Shown one piece after another: positions 54,480-64,000 of a stretch of DNA of 64,000 nt. Source of the DNA: Perna viridis (Eukaryota); NCBI GenBank assembly GCA_037379345.1, contig CM074517.1:1736001-1800000 (forward strand), in the 5' to 3' direction. Position numbers and translations under genes: made by a program. How positions within the stretch are numbered: the first letter of the stretch is position 1; each line of letters opens with the position of its first letter. Below the pieces are notes generated by a model. The model worked only from the letters and a program-made list of their open reading frames with translations, did no database searches and was not told where the DNA came from.

Positions 54480-56393
54480 CCAAATGAAAGAGTTATCTCC
54501 CTTTTTCAATGAATTTCAATGCTTTCTATGTAATTTATTTCTCTTTCACCATTGCAGTTAATCAAAAACCAACACTCAACTTTGTGAAAGGATGCATTTG
54601 TAATTTGAAATAGATGAAAATTTTCTGAAAATAAAATTTTTTATGTGCTACCACTGTCTGGTTTTTGTGGGGACACCCTCTTTTAAAAAGTCTACTATAG
54701 AAATCCGCAGTAAAAGTTGGTGTTTCTGTTCATTGTTGAGTTGTTATTTGCAAGCAAAAGCACCAACACCATATTTAGCGAAAAACAGCTGTGGTTGTTA
54801 AGATGGTTTAAATATTTTAAAAGAGATGCTTTTAACAGTTGAGCCTCCTTAATTTCTCCTAAATTCAACTTTTTTCAGCTAAAATAATATGTTGCTTGCT
54901 TTTGGAACCTTGATGATCTTAAAGTAGTTGTCTAGAAGCTGTTTTGACAGTTGAAATTCCAAGTAAACCATATTGATCAATATATTGCCATTTTGACACC
55001 TCAGGATATTGCAATCCAATCAAATTTAATTAAATAATTACCACTTACAGTACTTTGAGAAAATGACACCTTGAAAAAAATGAGGTTCGACAAGGGGTAG
55101 TCCAGTGCGCCTTGGGACCACACTCTGGACCTTCCACTGAGACTTGTATATGCATGATTAGTAATTCATTCATCTTTGTCTATGACATTTTTATATAATA
55201 TTATATTGTTTTTGCCGTACCTATAGTTTGTAGATATTTTATTTTATTATTACCGGGTATATTATTCTATATTTACTTGTGCAGAGTTAGAGTTACTGTG
55301 TCAAAGAAATCTATTTTATCAGTCTTTGCTAGAAGGACAAGAAAAAAACTTGATGCTTCATTGGAAAGCTTTTTGTTGTTTTTTTTTTTAATCATTCTAG
55401 TCAAGTCAATTTGCTTTCTAGTTCTAAAACCATTCTTCTTTTTATTCAGTTTCTTAGTAGATCTTTTTAAATCTGCTGATTCCTTCAAAAATTATGTTAG
55501 CTGTGTGGGCATTCTGATTTACATATTCTGTCTTTAGATGATTTAGATTATTGAACCAAGGTATTGCTGGAGATAAAGCTCATTTACTGTGATGTGCTCA
55601 TTTACCCTGATGTGCTAATTTACTGTTATGTGCTCATCCTAATGCTTCAAATTTTATATGGATTTAGGCAATTCCTAGATTTTTAGAATCTGTATTATGC
55701 AACTATTTGGTGCTTGTGTTATGGCTAGAAAGTCATATTTAGTGTGAAACAGTTCTACTACTTTTGATAAGAGCAAGCAGCTAACCTTAATCTTGAAGGG
55801 GACTTAATCATAGTCACTTTTAAGTGATCAAAAAAGCACTCAGTTTGGTCAATGTCTACTCAAAAACTGAAAACACAATCTTCATTTACATGGACATTCT
55901 ACTAATAAATGTTCTATTTAGAACAGCAGGAAATATTTGACCTGTACATGTACTTTTTCAAGAATTTAGAGCATGTTTAATTAAATGTTGGACCAAAACC
56001 TGTTCTTTAATCCAACACTAAGCTTGGAGATTTATATGAATATAATAAATCTTCAGGAGTTTAAAAAAAACATGTTATGCTCCTGAAGAAACATATGCAA
56101 TTATTTCTGAATTTCAAAAATCTTATTCTGTTAAGGTTTTAACCATAAAGTCTAGTTTTGTAGCAACAATTTATATCTAATTTATAATGGACCATTTTCT
56201 AATGGCGTTCAGAATTTCAATTGGCCATTCTTAAACATTTTTGTTAAAAAAATGTGATTGTAGTGGGACATTTCATTTGGAATGAGATAAATGATGGATG
56301 GTTCCCTGTAATTAAATCACTGCAGTACTCCAAAGGCCGTATTAGAAAAAAAAACAGGAAAATATAAATAACATTTAAGTAGCACTCCAGCTA

Positions 56394-56774
56394 AGGATCA
56401 TGCAAAATGTGATTCATGGGTAAAAAGCCTACATATTTTTATTTTTGATATTTTGAAAATTGTGGATTTTTTTTAAATGTCATTGTTAACAGAAATTAAC
56501 ATGTGGTTTTTCATATAACCCGTGCTCTTAGGAGATAAAAATTGTATAGAAGGCACTGTAGATTTCAAAATTAAGGGAGATAACTCTGTAAATGACGCTT
56601 AAATACAATAGAATGTACTGGATTTTCAATGTTGATTATCTCCTAAGAGCAGGTAGATTTGAATGAATAATTACACATTTCATAGTACCGACCATTAAAA
56701 CAACTGAATTATAAAAATAAAAATATGTAGCCTTTTTTAGGGTGTATCACATTTTTCAGATTTTGCATGATTCT
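56394..56774. mobile_element. Fold-back MITE (~380 bp) flanked by TA
   Basis: TIRs AGGATCATGCAAAATGTG and CAGATTTTGCATGATTCT, plus nested inverted pairs aaaaagcctacatatttttattttt/aaaaataaaaatatgtagcctttttt and ctcttaggagataa/ttatctcctaagag. Confidence 0.8.
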
Positions 56775-58189
56775 TACAAAGACAGCTACTTAAGTTTTAA
56801 TGTATACTTCATATGCGTGTACTGACTGTTAGGGAGGAAATTTGTGATGATAAAAATTATTGTACCTGTAAAACTATTGTACCTGTAAAATGGCACAAAT
56901 GAAAGAAATGGAAGAAAAAAATGGCAACACTGAAATGCACAAAACAAAAAGGTTAATTGTCCCTGCAACAATTGGTAATCTTTAATAATTAACTTACATT
57001 TGATTTTTATGTGGGAGGGATAGGAAATAAAAAAGTCAGGTTTGAAATTTTCAGGAAATAAAAAAGCTGGACAGTTCATGAAAAGGCAGGACCTATATTT
57101 CCTCAACATATGGGGACATAATGAAAATTTTTGCTAGCCCCCCCCCCATAAAAATCAAACAGTTTCTCTCAAATGATTTCTGACCTGTACACAATGGGTT
57201 CAAAAGCATTCTCCATTAAAAAGATAACTTTTTAACTAAAAAAATTAAAGTGGAAACAGAGAATGTGTCAAAGAGACAACAACCTGACAAACAGTAGTAA
57301 AAAAAACAAAATGCAGTCAATGAACTTTCATGAATGGCAAAAAATTAAGATACTGATCATTCTGGTAAAGGGGTACCAGACTAATGACTATTCATGTACT
57401 CTAGAAATAAGGATAACCAAATGATATTTCAAAGGCTAGAGGTTCCTGACAGTGACAGTAGATTCATCAAAGTTTAACTACATGTAATATTATAGTTTAA
57501 TGGGTTCAATCCTCCACTACCTCTTGCAAATGTGCACAAACTCAAATAAAAAATTGTTGGAGTTCAATGTTAAAATAAGGAACATAACAAACATCAAATA
57601 AAACAATAAACATTTGTTTTACTTTGTATACATACATATCTTTATAATTCCTTGATCCAGCCAGTTTGTATAATCCTTTTACATCTCCTATATCAGTTAA
57701 GATGAACTTTCTCATGAATATTTTTAAAAATATTATTAAAAAATGACCAGAAAACCCACTTGACTTCACTGTTTCATCATCAATACTTTAAGTCACTGTC
57801 ACATTTTTGTCACTGTCACAAAATGAGAAAATGAAAGAAATCTGTAATAAGATTTGTTGTAAAACTGATTCAATCAACTCATTTGATCTTTTAGTATGCA
57901 CTTTGCAATAAAATGTTACTTGAGTTTGTAGATTAAAGTACAATTTCTAAATTTAATGATTTGTCCATCATAAAGTGTTGACAATGGAGATTTTTTATTT
58001 TATACTTTACTGCAGTTTATGATTACTTAGTAATTTACAGGTAGTTGTGAAGTGTTCATTTCATTTAACTTTTATTGTAAAGAAGTATTTTTATGATAGG
58101 ATCTGTCTTGTTGATAATTTTTTTTATTGAAGTGAGGTCAATAAAGAGACCTGTTTCCATCAATCATGGTGTTACTGACGTACACTTTC

Positions 58190-58420
58190 TAGTTTTGTCT
58201 TTGTCCCCTGCTACTACATGAAAACACCAGTGTCTGTCTTCCAGTCACACATGTGGACGCAACTCCTTGGAAACTGCCTGACAGATTTTGTTCAAGTTTT
58301 GTAGGAATATTAATCCCCATTTCTAGTTGACCATATTATTGCCCTGCCAATTTCCAGGAGTTACAGGTCTTCTGCATTTCAACTTTTTTTGTGGCAGGGG
58401 ACGTATGGCTACTACTTGCT
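58190..58420 (+). mobile_element. Degenerate HINE/Helentron-like interspersed repeat
   Basis: tttgtcccctgc ... gtctgtc ... gacgcaactcctt ... gcaggggac: inverted subterminal motif and layout recalled from bivalve HINEs. Confidence 0.4.
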
Positions 58421-59038
58421 TGTTTAGTTTTGACAATTTCTTTTTTTTTTAACATCCAGTGATTCAATAATAAGTTCATGTGTTACGTTTTACAAGATGT
58501 GATTTGTATTTGATATATAAAAAAACACCCTTAAATTTTTTTCCAAAGAAGTTGTCTGTCATTTCTAAAAAAAAAAAGAACATAGAGGTCCATTCAATAG
58601 TTAAATATAAAAATGTTGAGTTGAATGAATTTTTGAAATTGGCAAATTCTACCTACTTAGAATGCAAATTTTGAATTTCTTTTCAAAATTTTTTACAAAT
58701 ATATTGCCTTCAAATGGAAAGTTTGGGAAGATTTTAGAGTTATATGTTAATATTTGCATCCTTGAATCATATCTGAAACTGGTTTAATTTATGTATGGAG
58801 CTCATTCTGATAATTAGATGGATTTTTTATTGAAATAAGTTATATGTTACTTACATGTTGATTTATTGTACTTGTGAGTGTAATCATTGTGTCCATACAG
58901 CATTGGTTGACTGGTTGTGACAGATGTCATCCTCATGGTAGGACAGGATGTTGTTCATTTTATGGTTTCAATCTTTGAATTGAAAGATTCTGATGCATTG
59001 TTATTTTCTGTTGAAGAACAGACTATGTATCATTTCAG

Positions 59039-59195
59039 ATTCAGTGTATGTTGACCATTCTGGAGCTACTCTTTATAGTAAAAGTCAGTTGGAAGCTTTT
59101 CAAAGAGAGTTGCTTAGCAACTTGTATGGCAACCCTCACAGCAGAAGTCAGAGCAGTCGCCTAGCAACAGACTCAGTCGACCAAATAAGATACAG
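59039..59195 (+). CDS. MOCOS: Molybdenum cofactor sulfurase, coding exon 2
   Basis: Acceptor catttcag|AT, donor AG|gtttt (phase 2). Encodes SVYVDHSGATLYSKSQL...LYGNPHS...DQIRY, the YLDHAGAT and YGNPHS motifs of the NifS-like class-V aminotransferase domain of MOCOS. Confidence 0.95.
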
Positions 59196-59491
59196 GTTTT
59201 CATGAATATGGCTTTCTATTTTGTCAACATTCTTCCTGTAAATCTGGAATATCTGTTGATTACATCACTTCAGTATATTTTTAGATTTTGCCCTTGTAAA
59301 TTTGATGAAAGGGGAGATAATTAACCTAAAATCCATTTGGAAATACAATATATTACTCATTTTACCCCATTAGAACATTTTTTCTCATTACAAGAGTAGT
59401 AAATCACATGCTATTGCATATTCCTGAAGAACTGCTGTGGGAAATCATTCATATTTAATGTACTCATTACCGTTTCTCATTTATTTTGTAG

Positions 59492-60234
59492 AATTTTGGC
59501 TCATTTCAACACAACAAGTACAGAATACTCAGTAATATTTACCTCAGGTTGTACAGGGGCTCTCAAATTGGTGGCAGAATGCTTTGATTTTAGTGATGAT
59601 ATTGATATTGAACCACTGAACAGTTATCAGAAAAGGAATGATGAAAGAGTTACAACCCTTGAGAAAGACAAATTATTGACCAGCATCGATCAGCCTAGTA
59701 TGAACCGTAATTTAGATGAATCTGAGAGAAATCATTATGATACCTGGGGATGTAAACTAAAAGCTACTGAACAAGGATGTGAGCTTCAAAGTAAAATGAA
59801 GGTCAAGTCTGGTTGTTATGCATACTTGTTGGATAATCATACCTCAGTTCAGGGAATAAGAGAGGTTGTCAAAAGTAGAGTCAAATATATGATATGTGTT
59901 GAGGAAGATAGTAAAGAAAACTTTAAACTCCATTATTTACCTGGAAAACTCCTAAATGAATGTGATGAGAAAGGTCAAGGTAACAGTTATACAGAATTCT
60001 CCTTGTTTGCATATCCAGCTCAGTCAAACTTCAATGGTAGAAAATATCCTTTGCATTGGATTGATAAGATACACCAAGGTCAAATGTCATTCCAGTGGTC
60101 AACACCAGGGAGATGGCTTGTTCTTTTAGATGCTGCTTCTTATGTTAGTACCAGTGACCTTGACCTTGACCAGTACAAACCAGATTTTATAACATTATCA
60201 TTTTATAAGATGTTTGGCTTTCCTACTGGCATTG
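59492..60234 (+). CDS. MOCOS: Molybdenum cofactor sulfurase, coding exon 3 (contains PLP-binding lysine); gene continues beyond the window
   Basis: Acceptor ttattttgtag|A, donor G|gtaaga. Encodes RILAHFNTT..YSVIFTSGCTGALKLVAE, DNHTSV, LFAYPAQSNFNGRKYPL, VLLDAAS and PDFITLSFYKMFGFPTGIG, all MOCOS/ABA3/HxB motifs. The next exon (expected GALLV-like) was not found before 64000. Confidence 0.96.
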
Positions 60235-60255
60235 GTAAGAATAATTAATGTAGTG

Positions 60256-61291
60256 AAACCTAATGGTACACCTAGATACAAATATATAGTTCATGGCAGA
60301 GATTCCTCATACTTTGTAAGAAATAATTCAAAATCATCTTCAAAATATATATATAATCGACAACATATTTGTCCAGTGTGGTGGACTTGTTTTTCAACAA
60401 ACGGTCGGCATTCCAATGGGAACAAATTGTGTCCTTTACTTGCTGACCTATTCCTTCACTCTTATGAGGCTGACTTTATAGCTGATCTGATCAGAAAGAA
60501 AGAATATTGTTTGGCTAGATCCTTCAATCTCAGTTTTCCGCTATATAGATGATGTATTATCTTTAAACAATCCTAATTTCGGGGATTTGATACATCACAT
60601 CTACCCAAAAGAACTTGAGATAAAGGACACTACAGACACTGTGAAGTCAGCCTCACATCTTGACCTACACTTAGAAATCGATGGTAAAGGAAAACTATTG
60701 ACCAAACTGTATGACAAACGTGATGACTTTTCATTCAGAATTGTCAACTTTCCTTTCATCTGTGGCAACATCCCTTCGGCTCCTGCATATGGAATGTTCA
60801 TATCACAACTCATACGTTATGCCAGAGCTTGCTGAAACTACGCAGACTTGTATCGTGCTAGAACTCTAACAAATAGGCTTCTGGAACAGGGTTATGTTGC
60901 TACAAGATTGAAGTCATCACTACAGAAGTTTTATGGTCGTCATCATGAACTCATGGATTGTTATGGTGTATCCATCAGCACCATGAAAACTGATTTATTC
61001 AACGGGTCATAGTTTTCCTTTCCTCGTTTGTCTACCCCGGTCATGACTTTTTATGAGCAACTCGACGGGTGTTACTATAAAAGCAGAGGACACTTACCCT
61101 ACCGGTGCACCTGGTCCATGCTCCCAGTTTTTAGTGGAGTCCGAGTTGCTCATTTGCTTTTGTTACTTTGTATGTATGATTTTAGTTACTTTATGTTCTT
61201 TGTTGTGTATGTCTGTTTTCCATGTCTGGTGTTTGTCCCTGGATTACATTCTTTTGATTACCACTATAACCTTGGTTTCCTTGATTACTCT
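60256..61291 (+). mobile_element. 5'-truncated Penelope-like retroelement with C-terminal RT (Naiad-type), disrupted
   Basis: Across frameshifts: NGTPRYKYIV..R.SYFV, IDNIFV..GG.VFQQTVGIPMGTNC.PLLADLFL.SYEADF, FRYIDDVLSLNN, IYPKELEIKDTT, LYDKRDDFSF.IVNFPF, AYG.FISQLIRYARAC. The ORF ends at TAG 61010-61012 with no C-terminal GIY-YIG domain. Confidence 0.9.
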
Positions 61292-61546
61292 AACACATTT
61301 GTATCTTTAGACACTGTCAAAGTGATGTGACATATACCTGGATCTAAAATTTTCCCTTACTTATATAATGTAGCATCATTAAGACAGTTATCAGAATTCA
61401 CAAATCCCCAGAAGCAGACAAATGTTTTGTTAAGAGCTTCTAATACTGAAGCATAGAACCCTAATATAGCCCTGCCACTATTGTTTTTGGCTGAATTTGA
61501 CATAATACGGTGAATGTTGGGTGGACAGGGAAATTGTTTTTGTAAC

Positions 61547-61750
61547 ACTTTTCTCAGCAACTACTTATCGCAGCCTCTTGATATTTGGTATCCAGCATCA
61601 GGTACAAATCCGGTATCATAGGCTTCAATTTCAGGCCTATCTGGCATCTAATTCCTGTTACTCTACTATACTTTTCTCAGCAACTACTAATTACAGCCTC
61701 TTAATATTTGGTATTCTCCATCAGGTAAAAGTCTCATAATTTCAAGCCTG
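61547..61750. repeat. Two-copy degenerate duplication, period ~123 bp
   Basis: acttttctcagcaactact...cagcctctt.atatttggtat...catcaggta at 61547 and 61670. Confidence 0.7.
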
Positions 61751-61844
61751 TTGGACTACCACTTTCTGTTTCACATAATTAGGTATTTCTGTCTTTGTCT
61801 TTGTGCAGTAATTTATTTGATTTTTCTAGGATCAGATCTACTGA

Positions 61845-62876
61845 AAATTGTGTAGTGCTGGAGTCCATAAGGTCCATAATCAATCAATTCAAGGATTAAT
61901 CATAACAAAAACTTTGCTTACCTTTAGTGCAGGGGCTGGTAGAGTCCATGTGTAGATCAGTCCTACCAAAATTTGTGCTCACCTCTAGTGCAGGTCTGTA
62001 TGGGTCAATACATAGATCAGCCATACCAAAATCTGTGCTTACCTGTAGTGCAGGAACTGTGAAGTTCAATGCATGGATCAGTCATTTAAAAAAACTGCTC
62101 ACCTGTAGTGCAGGAGCTGATATTACCCATGCATGCATCAGGTATTACAAAAACTTTGCTCACCTGTAGTGCTGGAGCTGATATTACCCATGCATGCATC
62201 ATTCATTACAGAAACTGTGCTCACCTGAAATGCAGGAGCTGATAGGATCCCTGCATGCATCAGACACACCAAAACCTGAGATAAATCTTAAGCTAAATTA
62301 GTCATAAGTTTTGACATCATGATACTTTGATATATTATGATGTCGTAACTTACTAATAATTTTATTTTTGATATTTGTGAAAAGGACTGCTGGAGCTGAT
62401 AGGGTCCATGCATGGATCAGTCCTACCAAAGATTGTGCTCACCTATAGTGTAAGAGCTGATGGGATCCATGCATTAATCAGTCCTCAGCAACTCGGCTGG
62501 TGTTTCTAGAAAAGCAGAGGACGCTTACCCTACCGGTGCACCTGGTCCATGCTCCTAATTTTTGGTGGAGTCCGAGTTGCTCATTTACTTTTGTTACTTT
62601 GTATGTATGATTTTAGTTACTTTATGTTCTTTGTGTGTATGTCTTTTTTCCATGTCTGGTCTTTGTTCCTGGAATACATTCTCTTGATTACCACTATAAC
62701 CTTGGTTTCCTTGATTACTCTTTCCTACCAAAGATTGTGCTCACTTGTAGCGTAATTGCTGATGTAATCCATGCATGGATCAATCCTACCAAAGATTGTG
62801 CTCACTTGTAGCGTAAGAACTGATGTGATCCATGCATGGATCAGTCCTACCAAAGATTGTGCCCACATGTAGTGTA
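61845..62876. repeat. ~60-bp degenerate minisatellite (gtagtgcaggagctgatagggtccatgcatggatcagtcctaccaaagattgtgctcacct), interrupted by a PLE fragment
   Basis: Periodic recurrence at ~60 bp. Explains ORF 61927-62169. Confidence 0.85.
62487..62721 (+). mobile_element. Short 3'-terminal copy of the Penelope-like element inserted in the 60-bp satellite
   Basis: Similar to ~61056-61291, flanked by duplicated tcct (62482-62485 and 62723-62726). Confidence 0.88.
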
Positions 62877-63721
62877 CGAGGGGACATTTGTTCTCCTTTG
62901 GTTTGTTGCTATCATATGTTAGATGGTTACAAATTCCCCACTGAATGTCAGCCTAATTGATAGAAGGATGCCATTGAAAGAAAATAAAAACCTGTTCACC
63001 AGAAAATGCACCACAACAATCATTCATTGATATGTATCCTGGGACATGTATATGTTTATGGAGGATTGGTAGAAACGAGCAGCTCATTGAAAAAGTTGCT
63101 TATTTATTGTGTTGCCTCAGTGTCATAAAACATATCTTCAATGAGCGGGGGCATAATCTGTCTATCCTTGACACTAAGATGTTTCTAGGGTAGTCTTAGT
63201 GGAGACATTTGATCTATTTTAATCAACTACTGAATTAATAACAACCAACAGTTGAAGTTGTATCACATTCTTGGAGCAACCATTTTTAGGCACCAATGCC
63301 TTGTAACTCATTAACCTTACTTCAGGTTTATAGTTTTATGATTTAATATTTCATTCCTTACATAATTCTGAAATATATTCAGAGTACTTTGACCTCAGAA
63401 ATTTTGATGATGCCAAAAAGTAATTATTTGATTATTTTGTAGTTTCCCAGGTGTAATACATTGTAAACTGTCAGAACTGATTTAGGCTCTGATTGATCTG
63501 CCAATACACAGAGTTATGCAATACACAAATTATAGACAACATTAATTACAAAAATGTTTATCTTCTTGAGGAAGTTTCAAAATTGATGAAGTAAATATTT
63601 CATGTGATATTTATTACAGAATTTGCTACTATGAAAGCCTTGCAGTTATATCTGTTATATGATTCTTGTATTTGTTCACTGATTGTTTCCTAGAAATTTC
63701 TTTTGAAAATATGTTGTTAGC

Positions 63722-63985
63722 ATGACTGCCTTAGTGGTCTTAGAGAAGCATGCTCACCTTGAGTGTAGGAAGTCGTTGGTTGGATCCCATGTTGGGTCAT
63801 ACCAAAGACTTTAAAATTGGTAGTTCTTTGTCAAACATGATATTTGAGGGGATAGAGTGAAGACTTGTTTGCTCAGAGTCAGAATAATATGTCTGAGTGG
63901 GGTGGCATGTCTACCTGTGGGCTGTAGCTTCTGTGAGCTAGCACAATGAAAATCTGGCTTAGCATGTCAGATCAGTACATAGCAA
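63722..63985 (+). mobile_element. Decayed tRNA-derived SINE (mollusc Meta-domain/RUDI-like, from memory)
   Basis: Degenerate A-box (tagtggtctta) and B-box (ggttggatccc), followed by ggtcataccaaagactttaaaattggta and gagctagcac..t.aaaatc, typical of bivalve SINE bodies. Confidence 0.7.
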
Positions 63986-64000
63986 ATTCTGTTCAAATGG

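Noticed and set aside
63722-63800. Functional tRNA gene
   Set aside because: Only decayed A/B boxes with no cloverleaf. It continues into a SINE body.
60235-64000. MOCOS exon 4
   Set aside because: No acceptor followed by the expected phase-1 GALLV-like sequence was found. It is presumably beyond the window.

Overview
AT-rich, CpG-depleted eukaryotic (animal) genomic DNA. The repeat families and TACATGTA richness suggest a bivalve mollusc, probably a mytilid; this is inferred from memory, not from a search. The only clearly identifiable protein-coding gene is the 5' part of molybdenum cofactor sulfurase (MOCOS/ma-l/ABA3) on the + strand: exons 51889-51952, 59039-59195 and 59492-60234, continuing beyond the window. 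It starts at a CpG-rich promoter (~50950-51900) that appears shared head-to-head with an unidentified minus-strand transcription unit. The ~50 kb to the left looks like introns of that unit, with several well-formed but unconfirmed candidate exons. The rest is repeats: about 15 unrelated minisatellites (32-68 bp units), several MITE/non-autonomous DNA transposons with TIRs (some nested in other repeats), a 5'-truncated Penelope-like (Naiad-type) RT element plus two shorter copies, a LINE 3' fragment, a tRNA-headed SINE, a ~336-bp recent direct repeat, and a full-length TSD-flanked SINE-like retroposon whose 5' end is a compact structured RNA motif instead of a tRNA head (candidate ribozyme or RNA element). 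Most ORFs in the supplied track are spurious. No CRISPR array or prokaryotic system is present.
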